Below are positions 12,113 to 21,333 of a stretch of DNA of 64,000 nucleotides, in pieces. Both the position numbers and the translations under genes were made by a program. Under the pieces are notes generated by a model that saw nothing but the letters and a program-made list of their open reading frames with translations, did not search any database and had not been told where the DNA came from. This stretch comes from Acidobacteriota bacterium (GTDB lineage: Bacteria > Acidobacteriota > Aminicenantia > Aminicenantales > Saccharicenantaceae). Position 1 is the first letter of the stretch; every line of letters starts with the position of its first letter. The stretch lies in NCBI GenBank assembly GCA_022711665.1, contig JAKLEN010000005.1, positions 130,619-194,618 of the forward strand, written 5' to 3'.

Positions 12113-12364
12113 CTAGAACTCGCGGTCGTCGCGTTTGCAGTAGTAGTTGTACGGGCTGATGTCCAGGCCGCCGAGGTAGATCTCGCCGCGGTCGGCCATG
12201 AGGAAGGCCTTGTCCGTGGGAAAGCCGTAGAGGATGGGGATGACCTCGTCCGTCTCGTGGCAGTAGGGACAGATGACGTCACGCTTCCGGCCGTTGCTCT
12301 TGGCCGGCCTGTGGCTGTGGACGTGACCGTGGCCGTGGGTGGTTCCGCAGGACGTGTTCATCAT
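12113..12364 (-). CDS. Small His-rich hypothetical protein (83 aa; HGHGHVHSH tract, CPYCH motif)
   Basis: GGAAGGTG RBS upstream of ATGATG. Possible metal-binding protein. No family assigned. Confidence 0.4.
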   Translation of the reverse strand: MMNTSCGTTHGHGHVHSHRPAKSNGRKRDVICPYCHETDEVIPILYGFPTDKAFLMADRGEIYLGGLDISPYNYYCKRDDREF

Positions 12365-12560
12365 CTCGCACCTTCCTTCGTTTGTTCCGCTTCGCCTTTC
12401 CGCCCCCCATGCTAGGGTCGGGCGGACTAGCCCTCAATCGCCGCGGGGGGTGATAGGCGGGGGGATATTCGGCTCCGGGTGAGGTGGGGAACCCGGCCCC
12501 CTCTTTTTCCTTTGCCCCCGGCGGCGCGCTGAGCATATAATCGCCGGACGGAGGTTCACC

Positions 12561-14687
12561 ATGATGACGAGATCGCGCTTCTTCCCCGCCGGCCTCGCGG
12601 CCGTTGTCTTCCTGCTTGCCGCCTTTCCCGCCGGCGCTCTCCTGGCCCAGGAAAGCCCCTTCGTACCGGAAAAGCTGGCCCGGGAGCTCCGCAACGAGAT
12701 CTCCGGCGACAGGGCCTACAACTATGTCCGCCGCCTGACGCCCTATCACCGCATCATGGGGTCCGAGGCCTACGTCCAGGCCGCGGAGATGCTGGCCGGG
12801 CTGGCCCGGGAGTACGGCTTCGAGAACGTCCGCGTCGTCCGGCAGAAGTTCGACGGCGGCATCAGCTGGGATCCCCGCTCCGCCCGGCTGTGGCTGCTCG
12901 ACCCCGAAGAGGAGAAGCTCTGCGATTTCGCCGAGGTCCCGGTGTCGCTGGCGGTCTTCAGCCGGTCGGCCCGGGCCGAGGCCGAGCTCGTCGATATCGG
13001 GGGCGGCGCCTCGCCGCGGGATTTCTCCGGGATCGACGTCGCCGGAAAGATCGTGCTGACGACGGCTGCGCCGGCCCTGGCCGTGCGGACCGCGGTCTGG
13101 GAGAGGGGGGCGCTCGGCGTCATTTCCTGCGCCAGCGTCCACCCCGACGCCCGCTTCGATACGCCCGACCAGATCGCCTACATCAAGGTCCCGGCGTCCT
13201 GCCCTCCGGGCAAGGCCGCGCCGTGGGCCTTCATGATCTCGGCCCGCCGGCATGGCGCGCTGCAGGACCTGCTCCGGAAGGCCAAGGCGCGGGGCACGCC
13301 GGTCAGGGTCCGGGCCGAGATCGAGGCCGAGGTCCGCGAGCCGGGCGAGCAGGCCTACCTCATGGCCGAGATCCCGGGCTCGGAGATCCATGACCAGGAC
13401 ATCGTGCTCGTCGCCCACCTCGACGAAGAAAGCACGTCGGCCAACGACAACGGCAGCGGCTGCGCTTCCATCCTGGAGATCGGCCGGGCCGTCAACGCCC
13501 TGATCAAGGACGGGCGGATCGCCCGGCCCAAGCGCGACATCGTCTTCTGGTGGCCGAACGAGCACACCTCGGAGTACCAGCTCCTGCGGGAAGAGCCCGA
13601 GGCGCGCCGGTCGTGGCTGGCGGCCGTCAACCAGGACATGGTCGGGGCCCGGCAGGGAATGGGCTCGCGCATCCAGCACATCATCCGGACGCCGCACTCC
13701 CTGCCGAGCTATCTCAGCGACGTCGTTGAGTCCGTGGCCGAGTACGTCATCCTGGGCAACACCTCGTTCCTGGCCGCCGACGAGGCCGGCACGCCCCAGC
13801 CGTACGGCAAACCCATCCTGGCGTCCTACGGCTCGCGCGAGCGCTACGGTGCGATGGTCATCCCGCACAGCGGAGCCTCCGACCAGGAGGTCTTCGTCGA
13901 GGGCGTCGTCGGGGTGCCGTGCGTCGCCCTGATCAACAACCCGGACGTCTACATCCACTCGAGCGACGACGACCTGCCGAACATCGATCCGACCCAGCTC
14001 GAGCGGAACGCCTTCGTGACCGCGGCGACGGCGCTCTTCCTGGCCAACGCCGGGGACCCGGACGTCCCCATGACGGCCGGCGAGATCTACGGCCGGGGCG
14101 TCGCCCGGCTGGGCGCGGAGCTGCGGACCGCGCTGGCCCACGTCCGGGAGGACAAGGCGGGCGCGCCGGAGCGGTCGTTCCGGGAAGCGCGGAACCTGCT
14201 GGAGCGGGCCGGGGAGAGGGAGACCGCCGCGGTGAGATCGGCCCTCGTCTTCGCCTCGGCGGGAGGGGCCAACGCGGCCTACGCCGAGGGCCTGGCCGTC
14301 CGGATCGGCGAAAGGGCCGCGGGCTTCGTCCGCGACCTGGAGGCGGCCTTCCCCGAAGTCGCGGGGCGCGTCCGGAAGGCCGGGCCGGCGGGCGGGCTGA
14401 CCCCGGTCGAGAAGGAGCTGGCCTCGCGCAAACCCGTGAACGCCGGCACGCTGGACGAGTACTTCGGCCGGCGGGGCTGGAGCGTCGGCTACCCCGGCCT
14501 GCATTCGATCATGGCCAAAGAATGCTATTGCTTCGTCGACGGGAAGAGGACCGGTCTGGACATCTTCCGGGCGGTCCAGGCGGAGGCCCTGTCGGCGGGA
14601 GCCTACTATTACGGCACGGTCACGCCGGAAGCCGTCCTGGGGCTCCTCGACGAGGCGGTCAAGAAGGGCGTGCTGAAGCTCCGCTGA
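12561..14687 (+). CDS. M28-family aminopeptidase with PA domain, secreted
   Basis: Signal peptide. M28 metal-binding motifs (HLDEE, DNGSGCA, later EE/H). A TATAAT -10 and GGAGGT RBS lie upstream. Confidence 0.8.
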   Translation: MMTRSRFFPAGLAAVVFLLAAFPAGALLAQESPFVPEKLARELRNEISGDRAYNYVRRLTPYHRIMGSEAYVQAAEMLAGLAREYGFENVRVVRQKFDGGISWDPRSARLWLLDPEEEKLCDFAEVPVSLAVFSRSARAEAELVDIGGGASPRDFSGIDVAGKIVLTTAAPALAVRTAVWERGALGVISCASVHPDARFDTPDQIAYIKVPASCPPGKAAPWAFMISARRHGALQDLLRKAKARGTPVRVRAEIEAEVREPGEQAYLMAEIPGSEIHDQDIVLVAHLDEESTSANDNGSGCASILEIGRAVNALIKDGRIARPKRDIVFWWPNEHTSEYQLLREEPEARRSWLAAVNQDMVGARQGMGSRIQHIIRTPHSLPSYLSDVVESVAEYVILGNTSFLAADEAGTPQPYGKPILASYGSRERYGAMVIPHSGASDQEVFVEGVVGVPCVALINNPDVYIHSSDDDLPNIDPTQLERNAFVTAATALFLANAGDPDVPMTAGEIYGRGVARLGAELRTALAHVREDKAGAPERSFREARNLLERAGERETAAVRSALVFASAGGANAAYAEGLAVRIGERAAGFVRDLEAAFPEVAGRVRKAGPAGGLTPVEKELASRKPVNAGTLDEYFGRRGWSVGYPGLHSIMAKECYCFVDGKRTGLDIFRAVQAEALSAGAYYYGTVTPEAVLGLLDEAVKKGVLKLR

Positions 14688-14768
14688 ACGGCCCGAAACC
14701 GGGACCGAAACCGGGGCCGGGGACACGCGCGAACGTGCCCCCGGTCAGGCCGGCGCGGGGACGCGATC

Positions 14769-15398
14769 CTAGTGTCCGCCGCTGACCTTGTAGCCCATCT
14801 CCCTCAGCTTGGCCGCCCATCTCTTCTCGGCGGCTTTCGATGCGGCCTGGTCGTAGTACTTGGTTTCGGGGGCCAGGTCCGGGCGCAGGCGCCGGCCGTA
14901 TTTCCGGGCGACGGGGGAGAAGAGCGGCCCGCGCCTGTTCCTCTTGCCCTTGCGGTGCTCCTCGAAGCGCTCTTCGGGGGTCTTTGACGTCTCGCCTACG
15001 TAAACGAACCCTTTTCCCTGGTCTTTGCAGCCCTTGGGGTCGAGCTCGATCACGTAGACCGTCCAGACCTTCGGGTCGCGGTTGACCGTGAATCCCTCCG
15101 ACTTGAGGCACTTGACGGCGGCCCGCTTTTCGCTGTCGGCTTCTTCCCGGAGCAGAAAAGGGCCCGATGTCAGGTCGTCGCGCAGCATGACCAGGTGGTC
15201 CCGAAGCCACTCCGGCCCTTTCCCCTTCAGCAGGGCCGCGAACCGATTCGACGGCTCCTGGGTGGTGATGGCCACATAGAGATTGGGCTTCCCGGGATCG
15301 CGGCGCGGCACGACATCGTCGAGCTCGACCACTAGGACATAATTGCGCGGCTCCCTTATGGACCGCCGCGGGCTTCGCCTATAGAAGCGCTTTCTCAA
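14769..15398 (-). CDS. Tandem GIY-YIG (YhbQ/UPF0213-like) nuclease-domain protein
   Basis: Two consecutive GIY-YIG-like modules (YVLVVEL...LYVAITT...GKG and VYVIEL...FVYVGET...EERFEEH...GKR). Confidence 0.55.
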   Translation of the reverse strand: MRKRFYRRSPRRSIREPRNYVLVVELDDVVPRRDPGKPNLYVAITTQEPSNRFAALLKGKGPEWLRDHLVMLRDDLTSGPFLLREEADSEKRAAVKCLKSEGFTVNRDPKVWTVYVIELDPKGCKDQGKGFVYVGETSKTPEERFEEHRKGKRNRRGPLFSPVARKYGRRLRPDLAPETKYYDQAASKAAEKRWAAKLREMGYKVSGGH

Positions 15399-15711
15399 GG
15401 CTCGTATGCCCCTGCCAGAAGAACTATCACCGGGCGGCGGGGAGTGTCAATGATGCGGGCGCGCGAACCGCAACCTGGGGACACATATCAACGTGCCGCC
15501 AAACCGTGCGCCCGGCCGTCCTCGGCCTGAAGGCGGAAGGGGTCACGGATTTCTTAGAATATTTTTCGGTCGCCGCGAATTTCGACCGCTCTAGCCTGTC
15601 TTTACCATATGAAGCCTGTAGTTTACTCCGGATCAGGTTGTCTGGGAGAGATGCAGAAAACCCAGGTCAACGCCTGTTTACCTGACTTGATGACAGCAGT
15701 TGTCTTATTTC

Positions 15712-15740
15712 TTGACATTTGTCTAACTTTGGGTTTAATT
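15712..15740 (+). promoter_or_regulatory. Candidate promoter (TTGACA-17-TTAATT) with GACA..TGTC palindromic half-sites upstream of the HTH-ImmA regulator gene
   Basis: AT-rich 377-nt intergenic region. Hexamers and two GACA/TGTC inverted motifs (around 15692-15706 and 15714-15723) read from the sequence. Confidence 0.35.
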
Positions 15741-15775
15741 TCCATCGCATCGAGTTTCATGGGGATTTTTAGGGA

Positions 15776-16834
15776 ATGGGGCAGTTTCTGCCGGCCCGTC
15801 TGAAGAAAGCCCGCGAAGACGCCGGGCTGACGCAGGAGAGCTTTGCCCGCTCGCTGGGTCTTTCCTCCGAGTTCATTTCCCTTCTCGAGGCCGGCAAGCG
15901 GGCCCCCTCGCTCGAGACGCTCTCTCGGATCTCCGCCGCTCTCCATAAGGACGCCGCCTTTTTCCTGGGCGATAAGGAGCCGGCCTTTAAAGTCCTGTTC
16001 CGGGCTCCGGCCGTCGAGATCAGCCAGATAGCCCGCCAGGAGCTGGAACGATTCAGACGCTATGTGGACGATTATATGCGTCTCGAGGAAGCGACCGGAC
16101 GCACCCTGGAGCTGGCGCCCCTCTATTCCGGCCGGCTCTCGCCTGAGCGGATGGCCGCCGAAGAAAGGCGCCGCCTGGGCCTCGGGGACGAGCCGGTCCG
16201 CGATATCTTCGCCCTGCTCGAACGCAACGGCCTGCGGATCCTGCGCGGCCCGTTGCCCCCGGCCGTTGCGATCTCCGGCGTTTTCGTCTTCCTCGAGGCC
16301 CGTAACGCCGCTTTCGCCCTTATCAACTCGGCCCAAACCCCGTGCCGCCAGGCCTTCACCGCGGTTCATGAATACTGCCATTACCTCAAGGACCGCAGCG
16401 AGCCGCCGATCATCGATACCCACCGGATCTTCGAGGATGCCGCCAGGCCGAAAGCCGCGCGGAAAGAGGCGCGCTTCGATAAGAAGGATCAGTTCGCCCA
16501 GGAGTTCGCCGCCCACTTCCTGATGCCTCCGGCCAAGGTCCGGGAGATCGTCGAACGGGATTTCGGAGCCGGCCGGCTGTCCTACGACGACGTCCTGCTC
16601 ATCAAGCGCTATTTCGGGGTCAGCGCCCAGGCCATGCTTCGGGCCCTGTGCAATTTGGGGCTGCTCACCGCCGGCCGGCATCAGGAATATGCCCGGCTCG
16701 ATCCGGTTCAGCACGAAAAGAGAGTGTTCGGCGGAACCGACGAGGACTATGGGCCGGGATCGGGGCTTGATTCGGCTGGGATCGTCGTTTCCGACCGGTA
16801 TCGCCTGATGGAACGGGAGGTCTCATCACAATAG
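15776..16834 (+). CDS. Fused XRE-family HTH / ImmA(IrrE)-family zinc metallopeptidase regulator (COG2856-like)
   Basis: N-terminal HTH_XRE (LKKAREDAGLTQESFARSLGLSSEFISLLEAGKRAPSLETLSRISAAL). C-terminal HEXXH (HEYCHY) within an ImmA/IrrE-like domain. Confidence 0.8.
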   Translation: MGQFLPARLKKAREDAGLTQESFARSLGLSSEFISLLEAGKRAPSLETLSRISAALHKDAAFFLGDKEPAFKVLFRAPAVEISQIARQELERFRRYVDDYMRLEEATGRTLELAPLYSGRLSPERMAAEERRRLGLGDEPVRDIFALLERNGLRILRGPLPPAVAISGVFVFLEARNAAFALINSAQTPCRQAFTAVHEYCHYLKDRSEPPIIDTHRIFEDAARPKAARKEARFDKKDQFAQEFAAHFLMPPAKVREIVERDFGAGRLSYDDVLLIKRYFGVSAQAMLRALCNLGLLTAGRHQEYARLDPVQHEKRVFGGTDEDYGPGSGLDSAGIVVSDRYRLMEREVSSQ

Positions 16835-16972
16835 TGAGCGATATGAAATTACTAAATGTGCAATGCAGGCCTCAGGCAGGGAGACTGACTTGATTTAGCC
16901 CCCATTAATAAGCAATGCTTTTGGAAAGATTGTAAGCAGCAGATCAAGATTCGATAATAATAGCCAATTGGA

Positions 16973-18502
16973 ATGGGGTTTTCTATGCCTAAGACAAAAG
17001 CCTATGGGCAAGTAGTTCAATCACAGAAATATGAAATTGCTGATCCCAGGCCAAGCGCTCTAATCGAATCGCTTAGGTCTGTAGGATATAAGCTTTCCAC
17101 AGCGATCGCCGATATCGTTGATAACAGCATTGCGGCCGATGCAAGAAACATTTGGATACGTTTTAAATGGGCGGGAGCGAAATCGCTCATTTCGATCATA
17201 GATGATGGACGGGGAATGACAGAAAGTGCCTTGGTAGAAGCGATGCGGCCTGGCTCAATTAGTCCGATCGTCGAGCGCAGTCAGACCGATTTAGGGCGTT
17301 TCGGGCTCGGCCTAAAAACAGCGTCCTTTTCTCAATGTAGACGCCTTACCGTTATTTCGCGTAGCAAGGGCTGTCGTGCTGTAACCCGCGTCTGGGACCT
17401 TGATTATGTTGTCCGTCATGATGAATGGCGCCTTTTAAGAAGTGGAGATGAGCTTGAGGAAGGCGTAGCCAGTTTCGCGAAGACTGAGACGGGAACTGCA
17501 GTCATTTGGACACACCTTGACCGAATAATAACGCAAGGTGAGAATGCTAATGACGCGTCTGCACATAATCGATTTAATGATTCCATTGACCAAGTGCGTC
17601 AGCACTTGGCGGTTATTTATCACAGGTTTATCGAAGCTGGAGAGGTCAGGATATTTATAAATAACAATCTTGTTAATGGGTGGAATCCTTATCTAGAAAA
17701 CCATAAAGCTACTTATAGAGCACCTGATGAGATTATTCCTTTCGGGAAATCAAAGATTTATTTTCGTGGTTACGTATTGCCTCACAAGGATATGCTAACA
17801 CATGAACAATACGAATCTGCGGCAGGTCCATTAGGCTGGACAGCACACCAAGGATTTTACGTCTACAGAAACAGGCGACTTCTTGTTCCCGGCGATTGGC
17901 TAGGATTAGGGAGTCCAAAGCCGTGGATAAAAGCAGAGCACTATAACTTGGCACGCATATGTCTAGATATTTCTAATGACGCTGATAATGAATGGCATCT
18001 TGATGTGAAGAAATCTATGGCTCGGCCACCTGCTCTGGTTAAAGAAAGACTAACTGAACTTGCCGAAAACATACGAAAGCGGGCACGATCCGTTTTTGCC
18101 CATAGGGGAAAATATGGAGCACGAATTTCGCCCATATCTGAATATGAAAGGCCTTGGGAAGCAAAAACACGTCAGGGATATCGCATATATAAAATAAACC
18201 GAGGTCATCCTGCCGTTAGCCAGGCAATTCAGGCTGCTGGGACGGCAGCTCCCGATATAGAATCGATGCTGAGGATTCTCGAAGAAACCGTGCCGGTACA
18301 GCAGATATGGCTGGACATCGCAGATCAGACTCAAGACGTTGCTCGTCCATTTATCGGTACCGATTATTCTGTTATACGTTCAGATCTCCGGAAAATCTAT
18401 ATTTTCTTAACAAAGTCCGGAATAGATAGGAATACGGCTCTCGCGCGACTGAAGGCTATGGAACCATACAACCACTATACTAATCTTATTAACGAGCTAT
18501 AA
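16973..18502 (+). CDS. GHKL-superfamily ATPase (HATPase_c_3 / MORC-like)
   Basis: Bergerat-fold motifs: N-box DNSIAADA, G1 box DDGRGM, G2 box GRFGLGLK. First gene of the low-GC operon. An alternative ATG at 16985 is possible. Confidence 0.8.
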   Translation: MGFSMPKTKAYGQVVQSQKYEIADPRPSALIESLRSVGYKLSTAIADIVDNSIAADARNIWIRFKWAGAKSLISIIDDGRGMTESALVEAMRPGSISPIVERSQTDLGRFGLGLKTASFSQCRRLTVISRSKGCRAVTRVWDLDYVVRHDEWRLLRSGDELEEGVASFAKTETGTAVIWTHLDRIITQGENANDASAHNRFNDSIDQVRQHLAVIYHRFIEAGEVRIFINNNLVNGWNPYLENHKATYRAPDEIIPFGKSKIYFRGYVLPHKDMLTHEQYESAAGPLGWTAHQGFYVYRNRRLLVPGDWLGLGSPKPWIKAEHYNLARICLDISNDADNEWHLDVKKSMARPPALVKERLTELAENIRKRARSVFAHRGKYGARISPISEYERPWEAKTRQGYRIYKINRGHPAVSQAIQAAGTAAPDIESMLRILEETVPVQQIWLDIADQTQDVARPFIGTDYSVIRSDLRKIYIFLTKSGIDRNTALARLKAMEPYNHYTNLINEL

Positions 18503-18516
18503 GAACGGAGACAGGA

Positions 18517-21333
18517 ATGGAAACCAATGCTGCCCTAGCCATATGCCAAATATTATTAGGGCAAAAGCGGGCCAATAAAGATGCCGCTATTTGCCGTGAA
18601 GACATATTAGCGGTTGTTGAACAATTCGCCGCTCTAGAACCCGCCAAAGGCATAGATAAAGAGGAATTGGTTAAAACGCTTGAGGAACGTTTCACCGTCT
18701 ATGTGCCGAATCATCTTACTCTCGGATCGGATGACAACCATATTGCTTGGTTGTCGGCAAAACGCAGCTCTATTAATTGGCAATATTGGGAACGTTATAA
18801 AAATTATCTTGAAGGGCTACTCCCACCCGCTGCTGTTGAGGGCGTGGGCAAAACCACGGAGGAAATATTACAGCGCCTTGAAGATCCTTATCGTACGGGT
18901 ATTTGGGACAGGCGCGGCTTAGTGATGGGGAATGTTCAATCAGGAAAGACCGCCAACTATTGCGGCCTCATATGCAAGGCGGCAGACGCCGGATACAAGG
19001 TCATTATCGTCCTTTCTGGAATTCATAATAGCCTGCGTAGTCAGACACAAATTCGATTAGACGAAGGATTTCTTGGATTCATGAGCGAACCGCTGGCTGA
19101 CGGGACGCGGGGTTTTGTCCCCGCAGGGGTGGGCATTAACGGCCCTAGCATCAATCCCAATACTGCTACAAATCGGACGGAGCGTGGTGATTTTAATCGT
19201 ACGATAGCTAGCCAATTCGGAATTCATCCAGGCGGCCTGCCTCTCCTCTTTGTTACGAAGAAGAACGTGAGTGTGCTTAGGAACCTCAACAATTGGATAT
19301 CTTCTTGTATGAATGCCAAAGATCCATCGACGACTAGGCGCTTTGTCAGAGATGTCCCTCTTCTGGTGATTGACGACGAAGCCGATCTCGCGTCGGTAGA
19401 TACGCATTTTCAAGAGCTTGATGAAAACGGCAACCCTGACCCTGATCATAATCCGGCCGAAACCAATAAGCAGATTAGGAAACTCCTACGAGCATTCGAA
19501 AAGGTTGCCTATGTCGCCTATACGGCTACACCGTACGCGAATATTTATATTTATGATAGAGGATTTACGCCCCTATTAGGCGACGACCTTTTTCCTAGAA
19601 GCTTCGTTGTCAGCATTCCTCCCCCGAGTAACTATATGGGTCCTGCGCGTGTATTTGGGATTTCGGAAGACGAAGATGCAGGCCTAGAGGAGGTAACGCC
19701 ATTACCGGTAATACGAAACGTAAAAGATCATGCAGTCAGCGCTGATATGAATGAAACCCGGGGATGGATGCCCCCTCGACTAATCGCCGGAACTGACCAT
19801 ATGCCCCGTTATCTGGGAGAACGACGTATACCTCCGACATTACGAGAAGCAATTCTCTCCTTTATTTTAGCATCGATAGTACGCAAATCTCGTGGCTGTC
19901 TGCCCGCACATAATTCTATGCTCATCCATGTCGTCCGCTATACAAAGGTTCAAAAGCTTGTTTCAGATCAAGTAGAAGAAACTCTCCGCGAGATAACACA
20001 GCGCCTGAGGTATGGGGACGGCAGCCGCCGTCCGACGATAACCGATGAGTTCCGGAATCTTTATCTTAAAGATTTCAAGAAAACGACAGAAAGCTGTAAT
20101 AAAATCCTAAACGACAGGCTCGAGCTTCCAGTCTGGACAGCAATCACGCCGGCCTTGCTATCTACAGCGACGAGCATAAAAGTAAAGATTATTAACGGTA
20201 GCGCTGGGGATGTTCTAGATTATGAAGAGAATAAGAAGACTGGGATGAACGTGATCGCTATTGGAGGAGACAAACTCTCGCGCGGGCTAACTCTTGAGGG
20301 TCTTTCCATCAGCTATTTTTTACGGGCTTCTCGTATGTACGATACGTTAATGCAGATGGGGCGGTGGTTCGGCTATCGTGGGCAATATATTGACATTTGC
20401 CGACTCTATACTACTTCAGAGCTAATAAAGTGGTTTGCTCATATCACTGCAGCAGCAGAGGAGCTTCGGCATGAGTTTGAACGGATGGTATCTGTGGGCG
20501 GTACGCCGAAAGATTATGGACTGAAAATCCGTGCACACCCTGCCCTATTAGTAACATCGGCTGTTAAGATGCGTCACGGGACTTCAATGAGGATATCTTT
20601 TTCTGGCGAGATTAGTGAAACGATAATATTCCAGCGGGAACCTTGGTGGGTCCTAAGTAATTATGATGCGACCGTAGGTCTGCTTTCTAGCCTGCCAATG
20701 GAAAAATATTTAGGGTTTCGTAATTCCGGTTATACATGGCAAGAAATTCCCATAGAGACGGTACTTCAATATTTGAATGAGTACAAGACTCACAATGATG
20801 TCCGTCGGGCGGACACCGCGTTGCTGGCAAAATATATCCGGGCACAAAACGAAAATGGTGAATTAGCTAAATGGACCATTCATTTGTGCTCTTCAGGTAA
20901 AGCTGACGCAATACGTGAAGCAATAGGCAATCAGAAGGTTGGCCTTATTATGCGCGCGCCATTCCCTCAGCCTTATGACCCGCAAGCGGATCGATATACA
21001 ATCAGACGGCTGGTAAGCCCGACTGATGAACTTGTAGATTTAAGCAAAGAACAGCAGCAAGAGGCAATTCGGTTGACTCAAGAACGATGGAAAGCTGAGC
21101 ATAGAATGGGCGAGCCGGAAAGAGCAGGCGGAAGGGAGATACGTAAGGTCCGTGATAAGAACAACGGATTATTGCTTCTATATCCCATCGGGCCGCCTAG
21201 CTTTTATCCTGCCGGAACGAAGCCAATTATAGGGATGGCCATTAGTTTTCCAAAGAGCGACACCGCAAAAGAAGTGATTTATACAGTGAACAATGTGTTT
21301 ACGCAGCAGGGCGGAGATGATGAAAGCTTCTGA
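18517..21333 (+). CDS. Z1-domain protein (large P-loop NTPase, 938 aa)
   Basis: Walker A GNVQSGKTANY and a Walker B-like LLVIDDEAD. The size and position next to AIPR, GHKL and Dcm genes match the Z1 family. GGAG RBS upstream. Confidence 0.75.
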   Translation: METNAALAICQILLGQKRANKDAAICREDILAVVEQFAALEPAKGIDKEELVKTLEERFTVYVPNHLTLGSDDNHIAWLSAKRSSINWQYWERYKNYLEGLLPPAAVEGVGKTTEEILQRLEDPYRTGIWDRRGLVMGNVQSGKTANYCGLICKAADAGYKVIIVLSGIHNSLRSQTQIRLDEGFLGFMSEPLADGTRGFVPAGVGINGPSINPNTATNRTERGDFNRTIASQFGIHPGGLPLLFVTKKNVSVLRNLNNWISSCMNAKDPSTTRRFVRDVPLLVIDDEADLASVDTHFQELDENGNPDPDHNPAETNKQIRKLLRAFEKVAYVAYTATPYANIYIYDRGFTPLLGDDLFPRSFVVSIPPPSNYMGPARVFGISEDEDAGLEEVTPLPVIRNVKDHAVSADMNETRGWMPPRLIAGTDHMPRYLGERRIPPTLREAILSFILASIVRKSRGCLPAHNSMLIHVVRYTKVQKLVSDQVEETLREITQRLRYGDGSRRPTITDEFRNLYLKDFKKTTESCNKILNDRLELPVWTAITPALLSTATSIKVKIINGSAGDVLDYEENKKTGMNVIAIGGDKLSRGLTLEGLSISYFLRASRMYDTLMQMGRWFGYRGQYIDICRLYTTSELIKWFAHITAAAEELRHEFERMVSVGGTPKDYGLKIRAHPALLVTSAVKMRHGTSMRISFSGEISETIIFQREPWWVLSNYDATVGLLSSLPMEKYLGFRNSGYTWQEIPIETVLQYLNEYKTHNDVRRADTALLAKYIRAQNENGELAKWTIHLCSSGKADAIREAIGNQKVGLIMRAPFPQPYDPQADRYTIRRLVSPTDELVDLSKEQQQEAIRLTQERWKAEHRMGEPERAGGREIRKVRDKNNGLLLLYPIGPPSFYPAGTKPIIGMAISFPKSDTAKEVIYTVNNVFTQQGGDDESF

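Noticed and set aside
15609-15803. 64-aa ORF in the AT-rich region upstream of the HTH-ImmA gene
   Set aside because: It overlaps the predicted promoter/operator and the start of the regulator gene. It is hydrophobic and low-complexity with no RBS, so it is treated as non-coding regulatory DNA.
16973-18502. GHKL ATPase as a two-component sensor histidine kinase or MutL
   Set aside because: No HisKA/dimerisation domain, no transmembrane sensor region, no MutL C-terminal domain. Context and domain layout fit the stand-alone HATPase_c_3/MORC-like class found in defence operons.
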